64,000 nucleotides of DNA from a bacterium (GTDB taxonomy: Bacteria > Chloroflexota > Dormibacteria > Aeolococcales > Bog-877). Numbering within the stretch: the first letter of the stretch is position 1; every line of letters begins with the position of its first letter. The DNA is taken from assembly GCA_021785655.1 (NCBI GenBank), contig JAJYET010000004.1, positions 8,907 through 72,906 on the forward strand. The letters run 5' to 3'. The position numbers and the translations under genes are program-made. Shown here piece by piece: positions 28,487-37,412 of the stretch. Under the pieces are notes generated by a model that was not told where the DNA came from, did no database searches, and saw nothing but the letters and a program-made list of their open reading frames with translations.

Positions 28487-30217
28487 TCAACCTCCGTCCA
28501 TCTCCTCGGCCAGCCTCGCCGCCACCTCCTCGATCCCAAGGAGGGTCTTGGTCCCGCGCCGCGCATCACGGAGATTGACCTGGTGGGCCTCCACCTCCCG
28601 GCGCCCGACCACGGCCAGGTACGGGACCTTGGCGAGTTCCCCGTCCCGGATCTGGGCCGGCATCGTCTCCCCAGGGCGGGGAGCGGAGATCCTGATTCCC
28701 CTGGCCTCCAGAGCCGCCACCACCTCGAGGGCATACGGCAGCTGGTCGTCGCTGACCGTGACCATGCGCACCTGCTCCGGGCTCAGCCAGAAGGGCAGGG
28801 CGCCGCCGTAGTGCTCCAACAGCACCCCGAAGAAGCGCTCCAGGGATCCCAGCAAGGCCCGGTGGACCATGATGGGCCTGTGGGCGGCGCCGTCCGCACC
28901 GATGTACTCCAGCTGGAAGCGTTCCGGCTCGTTGAAGTCGAACTGCACCGTGCTGCACTGCCAGCGGCGACCCATCGCGTCCCGGATGTGGATGTCCACC
29001 TTGGGGCCGTAGAAGGCGCCCTCTCCGGGGTTGACCTTGAACTCCATCCCCCGCCGCCGAAGGGCGCGGTCCAGAGCGGCCTCGGCCAGCTCCCACATCC
29101 GATCCGCACCCGCGGCCTTGGCCGGCTTGGTGCTGAGGTCCACCTCCAGTTCCTTGAAGCCGAATCGGGAGAGCATCTCCGAGGCCAGCTGAAGGACCCC
29201 CACGACCTCCTCCTCGGCCTGCTCCTCGGTGCAGAAGATGTGCGCGTCGTCCTGGGTGATCCCCCTGACCCGCAGGAGCCCGTGCAGAGTGCCGCTGCGC
29301 TGGAAACGGTAGACCGAGGCGATCTCGGCCAGCCGCAGCGGCAGCTCGCGATAGCTGCGGGGACGGGAGCGGTAGATGAGGATGTGGAAGGGGCAGCTCA
29401 TCGGCTTCACCCGATAGCGATCCCCCTCGACGGCGATCGGCCCGTACATCTCGTCCGCGAAGAAGCCAAGGTGGCCGCTGACCTCCCAGAGGTGCTCCCG
29501 GGCCAGGTGAGGGGTGTACACGAGCTGGTATCCGCCCCGCTGGTGCTCACGCCGCCAGTAGTCCTCCATGACCGTCCGAACCACGGCCCCCCGGGGATGC
29601 CAGAGCACCAGTCCGCCGCCCAGCTCCTCGGGTAGGGAGAAAAGGTCCAGCTCTCGCCCCAGCCGGCGGTGGTCCCGCTGCCGGGCCATCTCCAGCCGCT
29701 CCAGGTACTCCTCCAGCTCCCTGGAGCTGAGGAAGGCGGTGCCGTAAACCCGCTGGAGCATCGGTTGGTTCTCGTCCCCGTGCCAGTAGGCGCCAGCCGT
29801 GTGGAGCAGCCGGAAGGCCGGGATGTGGGAGGCCCGCGGGACGTGGGGCCCGCGGCAGAGGTCGAAGAAATCGCCGGTCCGGTAGCAGGTGATCAGCTCC
29901 CCCTCGGGGATCCTCTCGATCAGCTCCACCTTGAAGCGCTGGGAGCGGCCGCGGAACTCCGAGAGCGCGCCGTTTCGATCCACCTCCAACCGCTCGTAGG
30001 CGGGATCCCGAGCCTGGATCTCCCGCATCCGCTGCTCGATGGCGGGGAGATCGGAGTCGCTGATCCTGGCTCCCCCCGGCAAGAGGAAGTCGTAGTAGAA
30101 GCCGTCCTCGATGGCCGGCCCGATGGCGTACTCGGCCCCCGGGTACAGCTCGCACACCGCCGCCGCCATAAGGTGGGCGGCGCTGTGGCGCAGAACATCC
30201 AGATCGATCCCTTCCAT
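28487..30217 (-). CDS. thrS: Threonine--tRNA ligase (no N-terminal TGS domain); start 30217 or 30229
   Basis: RHSAAH, DLCRGPH, RDHRRLG, KPMSCP, GAFYGPK, GSLERF. Confidence 0.97.
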   Translation of the reverse strand: MEGIDLDVLRHSAAHLMAAAVCELYPGAEYAIGPAIEDGFYYDFLLPGGARISDSDLPAIEQRMREIQARDPAYERLEVDRNGALSEFRGRSQRFKVELIERIPEGELITCYRTGDFFDLCRGPHVPRASHIPAFRLLHTAGAYWHGDENQPMLQRVYGTAFLSSRELEEYLERLEMARQRDHRRLGRELDLFSLPEELGGGLVLWHPRGAVVRTVMEDYWRREHQRGGYQLVYTPHLAREHLWEVSGHLGFFADEMYGPIAVEGDRYRVKPMSCPFHILIYRSRPRSYRELPLRLAEIASVYRFQRSGTLHGLLRVRGITQDDAHIFCTEEQAEEEVVGVLQLASEMLSRFGFKELEVDLSTKPAKAAGADRMWELAEAALDRALRRRGMEFKVNPGEGAFYGPKVDIHIRDAMGRRWQCSTVQFDFNEPERFQLEYIGADGAAHRPIMVHRALLGSLERFFGVLLEHYGGALPFWLSPEQVRMVTVSDDQLPYALEVVAALEARGIRISAPRPGETMPAQIRDGELAKVPYLAVVGRREVEAHQVNLRDARRGTKTLLGIEEVAARLAEEMDGG

Positions 30218-30291
30218 CTGATCTCGCATTCTAGGGGCGGGGCCCCGCTCTGGGAACGGACGAGCGGCGGCTATAATCCGAACCCTGCGGC

Positions 30292-30368
30292 GGGCGCATA
30301 GCTCAGGTGGTTAGAGCGCTACCCTGACACGGTAGAGGCCCCAGGTTCGACTCCTGGTGCGCCCACCA
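30292..30368 (+). tRNA. tRNA-Val(GAC)
   Basis: GGGCGCA/TGCGCCC, CTGACAC anticodon loop, GGTTCGACTCC, CCA; TATAAT at 30272-30277. Confidence 0.97.
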
Positions 30369-30372
30369 GCCT
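30319..30372 (+). repeat. attL core, 54-bp direct repeat
   Basis: Identical to 49839-49892. Confidence 0.95.
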
Positions 30373-30408
30373 CCGCTTTTTCCGGGTTTCAAAAGGGATT
30401 TCGGGCCC

Positions 30409-30437
30409 TTGACAGAAAGTGCAGGGAGTGCTAATCT
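30409..30437 (+). promoter_or_regulatory. Integrase promoter
   Basis: TTGACA-17 nt-TAATCT with extended TG. Confidence 0.7.
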
Positions 30438-30526
30438 GGCCCAAATATTGACATGGGTACCGCTCTGGAGCAGAGGCTTTGACTTGAAAGCGGCTGCAGG
30501 CAGAGCGGACCTTGAAGGAGCCTCCG

Positions 30527-31480
30527 ATGCCGACTCTCAAAGTGGTCGAGTCCCCGGCGCCCACCGCCGTCGAGCGCTGCGTCCAGGACTACCTGACCTC
30601 CTGCCGGGCCCGGGGCCTCGCCCCGGGGACCATCGTCCAGCTCACCTACTCGCTCCGGAGCGTCTTCCTGCCCTGGGCTGCCCAACAAGCGCTCACCGAG
30701 ATCGCCGACTTGACCCCGCGCATGCTGGAGCGGATGGCCGCCGATCTCCTGACCGCCGGGGGCAGGCGCGGACCGCTCGCTCGCCAGACCGTCCGCACCT
30801 ACCTGAGGGCCGTGAACCTCTGCCTCAAGTGGGCTAGGGCTGAGGGGGAACCCGTACCGGACCGGGCTGCCGCTCCACTCCCGAGGCTGCCCAAGACCCT
30901 CCCGCAGGTGCTGAGCCGGGAGCAGATCGCCGCCATCGAGTCTGCCTGCGCCACCGAACGCGACCGGTTGATCGTACGCCTCCTCGCCGACACCGGGATG
31001 CGGGTGGGAGAGCTCGCGGGCCTCCGCCTCGGAGACCTGCTGCAGCGCAGCCGCGGCTCCTTCCTGCGCCTGCGGGGCAAGGGGGACCGGGAGCGCCAGG
31101 TGCCAGTCATGCCCCACCTGGCCAACCGGATCCAGCGCTACGCCGCCCGGACCAGACCCGCCGATCCGGGGACCGATCGCCTCTTCGTCAGCCTCCGGCG
31201 CAGCCCCCGCACCGGGACCTACGAGCCGCTCACGACCTCCGGGATCCAGCAGATCATTCGCCATGCGGCCGGTCGGGCGGGGATCCCCCAGCGAGTCCAT
31301 CCGCATCTGTTCCGGCACTCTTTCGTGACCTGGGCGATCACGCGCGGAATGAACCCCATCCAGCTCGCCGAGATCGTCGGCCACTCGTCCACGGCAATGA
31401 TCCAGCAGGTCTACTCCCACCTCTCCCCCAGCGACGCCTATGAAGCCATGGCAGCGGCCCTCCTCGGGAAGGGGAGCTGA
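30527..31480 (+). CDS. int: Tyrosine recombinase/integrase
   Basis: TGMRVGEL, GKGDRER, HLFRH, VGH, Y: full catalytic set; AAGGAG RBS. Confidence 0.95.
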   Translation: MPTLKVVESPAPTAVERCVQDYLTSCRARGLAPGTIVQLTYSLRSVFLPWAAQQALTEIADLTPRMLERMAADLLTAGGRRGPLARQTVRTYLRAVNLCLKWARAEGEPVPDRAAAPLPRLPKTLPQVLSREQIAAIESACATERDRLIVRLLADTGMRVGELAGLRLGDLLQRSRGSFLRLRGKGDRERQVPVMPHLANRIQRYAARTRPADPGTDRLFVSLRRSPRTGTYEPLTTSGIQQIIRHAAGRAGIPQRVHPHLFRHSFVTWAITRGMNPIQLAEIVGHSSTAMIQQVYSHLSPSDAYEAMAAALLGKGS

Positions 31481-31594
31481 CGGCAGGGTGCTCTCCTGAC
31501 CCCCGGTCCGCCGTCCCGAGCGCCCCGGGACCGTCACCCTGCGTGGGAGCCACGGCAGGACGGGTCAAGGCACGCCGCATCCCGGTCGGATCCC

Positions 31595-31843
31595 TCAGCT
31601 CTTCGGGGCCGGTCGCCTCGGAGCATGGAAAGCTGGCAGGATCTCGTCCACACCGGAGACCGGGGGGGCCGCCGCGAGGGCGACCGCGATCTTCCGCAAC
31701 GTGTTGGGACTCACCGGCCGTCCAGCTGTCGCCGTGGTGACGGTGGCAGCACTGACACCAGCGGCCCGGGCAAGGTCCACATTGTTCCAACCTCTGCGGG
31801 CAATCTCAAACCTCAAGCGGTCGGCCGCCAGGATCACGCTCAC
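31595..31843 (-). CDS. XRE-family HTH protein (regulator or possible directionality factor)
   Basis: RRGWNNVDLARAAGVSAATVTTA..GRPVSPNTLRKIAVAL. Confidence 0.85.
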   Translation of the reverse strand: MSVILAADRLRFEIARRGWNNVDLARAAGVSAATVTTATAGRPVSPNTLRKIAVALAAAPPVSGVDEILPAFHAPRRPAPKS

Positions 31844-33017
31844 GGCCGGTCCAGCCCAGTGGGCTCGAACCCCGAGTTTCGAGGCTCAGTTCCTTTCCCG
31901 GCACTTCCCGTGTCGAGTAGACCCCGGCCAGCGGCCGTGGAGGCGGCCACCTCCATCCTCTGGCGGCCCTTGCGGTCGACGGTCTCGCTGAAGGTCGCAC
32001 CCCGCCGCTCCAGATAGTCGTAGACCCCGCGCACGGTGCGCCCCAGCGCGGCGCCGAGGCCGTGAGCGGCGCCCATCGCGGGCAGTCTGGAGACGCAGCC
32101 GACCAGCCCCCGGATGATCAGCAGCTCGTCCGTGGAGCGGACCAGGTCCCGCACCAGCGGAGACGCGGGCGAACCGATCTCCGCCTCCCGGATCACCTGC
32201 CACTCCCGGGCCCCCGGCCAGCGGGAACGGTGGGAGTCCGAGGTCGGAACCTCGAGCGAGACCCACTGGGTCGTGCAGCGCCACAGCTCCCGGCGCGCCT
32301 CCAGCGCCTCGGCCGGAGAGGAGTCTCCCAGTGACACCAGGGAGCGGCGGCGGAACTGGAACTCCACCCGCCAGACCGGCTGCTCCCGGTCCCAACCCTT
32401 CCAGATCGCCTTTGGCCACTCCCCTCCCCACCCCCTGAGCTCCAGGGTCTTGACGTAGCAGCGGGCCATCACGGCAACGCCACCGAAGACGAAGCCGCTC
32501 GGTCGGCGGCCCCGGAGATGGGCCCGTGCATAGATCGGCACCATGCAGGTGCGGCGGCGGACCGCGCGGCAGTGGAAGTGTCGAAGTCTTCGACAGCCGG
32601 AAACCAGCCCTGGGTGTCGCGGTACAGGTCCAGTCGCGAGATCCCGGGGAGAGGCTCATCTCGCATCACGTTTGCGGCCAGCCGCTCCGAGATTTCAGCC
32701 ACGGCGTCATCCACCCCCTGGGAGTGGAGGGAGGCGGAGTGGGTCTGGATGAAGACCGGCGGGAAGGGGGACGGCGCCCCGATCGCCACCTCCATGTTGG
32801 GAGAGCTGGCCCAGAACGGATAGCTCCGCCAGCCGTGGGGGTGCAGGGCTACCGAGAGGCACTGCTCGCCCCAGGGGACCACCTGGAACTCGTTGGTGCG
32901 CTGAGACTCCTCCTTGAGCGCCTCGAGGAAGACCAGCAGACCGTCCTGCAGCTCCCCACGGACGGAGCAGGGGAGCGTGTCCACCCCGGCGGCCGGAATC
33001 CTCAGGTCTGCCGCCAC
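31840..33017 (-). pseudogene. Replication initiator (Rep_trans-like), frameshifted near 32580
   Basis: GVDTL, SRLDLYRDTQG, SGFVFG, ARCYVKTLE, VWRVEFQFRR, RSRWP over two frames. Confidence 0.72.
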
Positions 33018-33059
33018 GATCGATCCGAGAGCCCGTCTGAGGTGGAGTGTGTATTTTCC

Positions 33060-34377
33060 CACCACTGTGTGACAGGCACTCGTGGTGGGAGAGGGCCTTG
33101 CCGCTCCACCTGGCGAGGGGCATCTGGTGGCTCCCCTCCAGGGAGCATTCCACCGCCTGGAACTCCTCCAGGGTCTCCTCCCGCCAGATGGCCCGCGGGG
33201 AATGGGGCGGGAGGAGAGCGGCCCTGTCGCTGTCCAGGCAGATGTGGCTGTTCACGGCGGCCCGGACCCGGAAGGCGACCGCGCCCTGGAGATGGGCCTT
33301 CAGCTGCCCCGGCATCGCCTCGGCATCCTGGCGCTGGGTGCAGCAGACGAGGTGGACCCCCACCGACCGCCCCAGCCTGGCGACCTCCCCGAGCCGCCCG
33401 CTGGCCGCCTGCTGGGCGGCGCGGTCGGCCCGGTCGTCGCCCAGGTCGAGACAGGTCAGCTCCGCCACCTCGTCCACCGCGACCGGCAGCCGGGGCCAGC
33501 TCGGCGGGGAAGCCGGTCTCTCCGAGGAAGCAGCCTCCCGCACCTCCCGGAGCCGCCGGTCCACCTCCTGCCGGACCCGCCCCAGAGTGTCGGCCGCCGC
33601 CAGGAGGCCGTCCGCCAGGGGGTAGATGGCGTGAGGTAGGCCCCTGAAAGGGGCGAGCTCCACCCCACCTTCGAGGTCGATGACGGCCACCTGGAGGTCC
33701 TCCGGTTCGTGCTCCCGGCAGAGGACGGTGAGCACCTGCCGTAGGAAGACAGGCTTGCCCCCTCCGGTCATCCCGCCCGCCAAGAGGTGGGGGCGGGCGT
33801 TCAGGTCCACCCAGAAGGATCCCCGGCGCCCTCTGCCGAGGCCGATGAGGAACCTCTCCGGCGGCCGGGGCGAGCTGTACATCTCCCGGTACGCGAGGTG
33901 GTACGGGATGCGGTGCCGCAGCACCTCGGTCACCAGGCCCCCGCGCTCCTCACACACCCGCAGCGAACACTCACTGCGGGCCTCCAGGGGCTCCTGCCGC
34001 TGCGGGACGTCCCACAGGGTGACCACGGGCGGCACCCGCCAACGCAGGGTCACGGTGCGCCGCTGCCACCTCGCGTTTGGCCGCGCTCCCGGCGCCACCA
34101 CCCGGCCCCTCCGGTCCACACCCACAACGCCGCACTCCACCATCGCCCGGCGCAGTCTGGCCGCCGGGGACCTGCCCCTCCCGTCGACCGTGAGAAGCGC
34201 TGCGGCCGAGGCCGCGATGAGGGTCCCGCACGATGAGGCACCTTCGCCCCAGTGCAGTTCGGATGCCGCGACCGGGTCGGCCACCAGTACCCAGTCGGCC
34301 GGCTGCCCGAGGAGCCACGTCCCGACGGCCCCGGGATCCGATAGGGCCCTGGGGTCGGCCAGGTACCTGCCGCCCAT
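33060..34377 (-). pseudogene. FtsK/SpoIIIE-domain DNA translocase (Tra-like), degenerate
   Basis: PHLLAGGMTGGGKP, IDLEGGVEL, VDEVAEL, ARLGRSVGVHLVCCTQR; altered motifs, frame runs into rep; 3' end approximate. Confidence 0.82.
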
Positions 34378-34622
34378 CAGAACGAGGAGGCCGCCGGGGC
34401 CGGATGTGAAGCACGCAGCGGCGGGCTCGGGCTCCCCTCCGCGATGAAGCCCGAGATCAGCCAGATGGCGAGGAGCAGCGCCAGCAGGACCCAGCAGCCG
34501 ATGCGTCCCCCCGGGGTACCCCGGAGGAGGGAGCGGAGGACCGCCAGCACGACCATGACGCTGAACAGGACGGCGGCCGCCACCACCACGAAGGTGAGGA
34601 TCGCCCCCAGGACGCCGGTCAC
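34377..34622 (-). CDS. Small two-TM membrane protein
   Basis: Two hydrophobic helices; overlaps neighbours on both sides. Confidence 0.7.
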   Translation of the reverse strand: MTGVLGAILTFVVVAAAVLFSVMVVLAVLRSLLRGTPGGRIGCWVLLALLLAIWLISGFIAEGSPSPPLRASHPAPAASSF

Positions 34623-34985
34623 TTCCGGGCCCTTGCCTGGGTCTCAGTGGCACCCTCCTTCCGGAGAGGCGAGAGGTACGTGATGTGGTCCGCCACCACT
34701 ACCAGGCGAAGCTGGCCTCCCCCCTCCGTGCCTTCCGGGTTGTAGAAGATGCCGCGGAGCCGGCCGGTCACCGCGACCCTTGAGCCCTTGCCAATAAAGC
34801 GCACCCGGTTCCTCGCCTGGCCCCCCGGGCCTCGACCCGACCCAGTCCGGCTCCTGGGTGCGGTCCCGCCGACACACCGCGCAGAGGGCGCTCTCCTTCA
34901 CCTGCGGGTCCGGCTCCCCTGCCGTGAGGAACTCCTGGACCCGAACCTCAGAGGCGACCACCCCGATCAGCTCGACGTGGGTCAT
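34619..34985 (-). pseudogene. ssb: Single-stranded DNA-binding protein, frameshifted near 34830
   Basis: VELIGVVASE...PDWV, then KGSRVAVTGRL...VVADHITYL in another frame. Confidence 0.8.
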
Positions 34986-35184
34986 CGCCCCACCTCCCGC
35001 TCCCCCACCTGCCGCTCTGGCCCTCCCAGCCCTCGGGCGGGCGTCCTCCCGGCATCACCGCCCACCAGGGCAGGTGGCACATCTCCTGGCCCCCGTTGTC
35101 TTCGTCCTCATGCTTATCGCCCCGAGGTCTCCGCAGGTCCTTTGACATCTCTCACCTTCTGTGCTGGCGGTGCTCCGGCCCGGG

Positions 35185-35223
35185 TGGACCGGTCCAGATT
35201 AGCAGGTCCGCAAGGGATGTCAA
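35185..35223 (-). promoter_or_regulatory. Promoter of the ssb-ftsK-rep operon with palindromic operator
   Basis: TTGACA-16 nt-TAATCT; TGGACCGGTCCA at 35185-35196 over the expected start site. Confidence 0.8.
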
Positions 35224-35309
35224 GAGGTGGCGCGGACCACTTTTGGAGGCTGCGGGGAGCTACTAGGAGGAGATCTGCCCCGAGGGGCCGGGGGGTCAGG
35301 GGATGGTTC

Positions 35310-36101
35310 TCAATACCCCTCTGGCACCCGGGGGAAGACCAGGGTGGTCATGTCGCCCGGAAGGTGGCTCTCGATCACCGCCACCACCTGCTCCTGTTCC
35401 CGCATCACCCGGTACAGCTGCAGCACCGGCACCCCGTCCGGTAGCGCCAGCAGCGCCTTCAGGTGGGAAGTCGGCATGGAGGCCTCTACCACGTCCTCCC
35501 CCTCCTCCCCTGGCAGCCCCCTGAACTTGAGCAGGTCCGGGAGCCAGAAGCCGGTCAGCTCCTCTTCCCGGATCCCCGCCTCCTCCTCCGCCACCGGGTG
35601 AAGCCACACCCGGGCCAGGATCGGGGCCCCGGTGACGTCGATCCCGGTACCCTCCTGGACCAGCACCACCGTGCCTGGAGCCACCTGGAGAAGCTCCCCC
35701 ACCCAAGGGGTGACCGGGATCCTCCGAGTGAGGTCCCCCAGCAGCCCCTGAATCTTGAAGGCGCGCCCGGTGGAGGGATCAGCTGCCGGCTCCTCAACCG
35801 GCCCGACCTGCGGCCGGGCGGTGCCCACCGCCCGGGCTTGCACCCTCTGGCGCTCAGCCTTGGGGTCGCGGACGAAGCTCCCGGAGCCGTGCTCGGACGC
35901 CACCCTCCCTTCCTGCTTCAGCACCCCCAACGCGCTGCGCACCGTGGAACGGGTCACGTGGTACCTCGCCATGAGCTTGCGCTCAGAGGGGAAGGCCACC
36001 CCCGGCGGCAGACGTCCCTCCTCGATCTCGAGCCGGAGGGCCGCCGCCAGCTGCTGGTACAGAGGATCAGAGCTGTCTCGGTCCAAGCAGTACGTCGCCA
36101 T
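35310..36101 (-). CDS. GntR (HutC/KorSA-like) regulator with UTRA domain
   Basis: PLYQQLAAALR..I..G..PG..FPSERKLMARYHVTRSTVRSAL, GSGSFV. Confidence 0.92.
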   Translation of the reverse strand: MATYCLDRDSSDPLYQQLAAALRLEIEEGRLPPGVAFPSERKLMARYHVTRSTVRSALGVLKQEGRVASEHGSGSFVRDPKAERQRVQARAVGTARPQVGPVEEPAADPSTGRAFKIQGLLGDLTRRIPVTPWVGELLQVAPGTVVLVQEGTGIDVTGAPILARVWLHPVAEEEAGIREEELTGFWLPDLLKFRGLPGEEGEDVVEASMPTSHLKALLALPDGVPVLQLYRVMREQEQVVAVIESHLPGDMTTLVFPRVPEGY

Positions 36102-36107
36102 AGGTGC

Positions 36108-36136
36108 AGCTTATTTGGTCCGGACCAGTCTTGCAA
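36108..36136 (-). promoter_or_regulatory. Leaderless gntR promoter with operator in the spacer
   Basis: TTGCAA-17 nt-TAAGCT-6 nt-ATG; TGGTCCGGACCA at 36116-36127. Confidence 0.8.
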
Positions 36137-36254
36137 CTTTCCGCTCTTGGAGCACCGCCGGGGACCTGGCGGAGCGAACCGGGGAAGGGGTTGGGATGAA
36201 TCTCCCCAGGCGCCGGCTTAGGATCGCCGACGTCCCACGGTCGTCCTCCGGCTT

Positions 36255-37412
36255 CTAGTGGTCCGGCGGCCAAATAGGTGAAGCCCATAAGCTGGCAGTA
36301 TGAAGATGATGCCAGCGGCGGAACCTTTGCCGGTGACCAGGGAAGACCGGGCGGCGTTGGAGAGGCTCGCGAAGTCGACTTCGCGGAGTCACCGAGCGGT
36401 GCTGCAAGCGCGAGGACTGCTGTTGGCTAGCGAAGGGGTGGCCAACTACGAGATCGCTCGGCGCGTGGGCGTGTGCTCCAACACAGTCCGGAGTTGGCGG
36501 CGGAGCTTTCCACAACGGGGTGTGGCGGGGGTGGGAGTGATTCGCCCCGGTCGGGGCCGCAAGCCGTGGCTGCCCGAGGGGACGGTGGCGGAGGTGGTGC
36601 GATTGACGCAGCAAGAACTGCCGGCTGATGGCTCCACCCACTGGACCACTCGGAGCTTGGCCCGACGAGTGGGGATCGGCAAGGACAGTGTGGGGCAGAT
36701 CTGGAAGGACCACGACCTCAAGCCGTGGAAGGTGGAGACCTTCAAGATCTCCAATGATCCTGCCTTCGAAGAGAAGCTGGTGGACGTGGTGGGGCTGTAC
36801 CTGAACCCGCCCGAGCGCGCTGTGGTGTTCAGCGTCGACGAGAAGACCCAGTGCCAAGCCCTGGACCGGACCCAGCCAGGACTGCCCATGCGGCCGGGCC
36901 GAGCGGGAACCATGACCCACGACTACAAGCGCAACGGCACCACCGACCTGTATGCGGCCCTCAACATCGCCACCGGGCAAATGCTGACCGACTGTCGGGA
37001 TCGACACACCGCCAAGGACTTCGTGCGCTTCCTGCGGATCATTGACCGCAACGTGCCGGTCCAGTTGGACGTGCACCTGGTCTTGGACAACCTCTCCGCG
37101 CACAAAGCCCCCGAGGTGCAGGCCTGGTTGGCACATCCGCAGCGACGTCGCTTTCACCTCCACTTCACGCCGACCAGCTCCAGCTGGGTCAATCTGGTCG
37201 AGCGCTGGTTCAAAGAGCTGACCGACAAACGCCCGCGGCGCGGCACCTTCAGCAACGTGCCCGCCCTCATCGACGCCATCAAACTCTGGGTGTCCCACTG
37301 GAACGACAACCCCCAGCCTTTTGTATGGCACACACCCGCGGACGAGATCATCGCCAAGGTCCGCAGGGGCCGCGCTGCACTAGCCCAACTTAATTCACCG
37401 ACGGACCACTAG
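36255..37412 (+). mobile_element. IS630 family element A
   Basis: CTAGTGGTCCG...CGGACCACTAG ends. Confidence 0.92.
36300..37412 (+). CDS. IS630 transposase
   Basis: FKISNDP, VDEKTQCQAL, HDYKRNGT, LDNLSAH, SSWVNLVERWF. Confidence 0.96.
   Translation: MKMMPAAEPLPVTREDRAALERLAKSTSRSHRAVLQARGLLLASEGVANYEIARRVGVCSNTVRSWRRSFPQRGVAGVGVIRPGRGRKPWLPEGTVAEVVRLTQQELPADGSTHWTTRSLARRVGIGKDSVGQIWKDHDLKPWKVETFKISNDPAFEEKLVDVVGLYLNPPERAVVFSVDEKTQCQALDRTQPGLPMRPGRAGTMTHDYKRNGTTDLYAALNIATGQMLTDCRDRHTAKDFVRFLRIIDRNVPVQLDVHLVLDNLSAHKAPEVQAWLAHPQRRRFHLHFTPTSSSWVNLVERWFKELTDKRPRRGTFSNVPALIDAIKLWVSHWNDNPQPFVWHTPADEIIAKVRRGRAALAQLNSPTDH

Noticed and set aside
32707..34653. 648-aa intact FtsK
   Set aside because: Both ends overlap other genes out of frame and key motifs are altered
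36259..36266. Third GntR operator (TGGTCCGG)
   Set aside because: Part of the IS630-A terminal repeat and not a full palindrome
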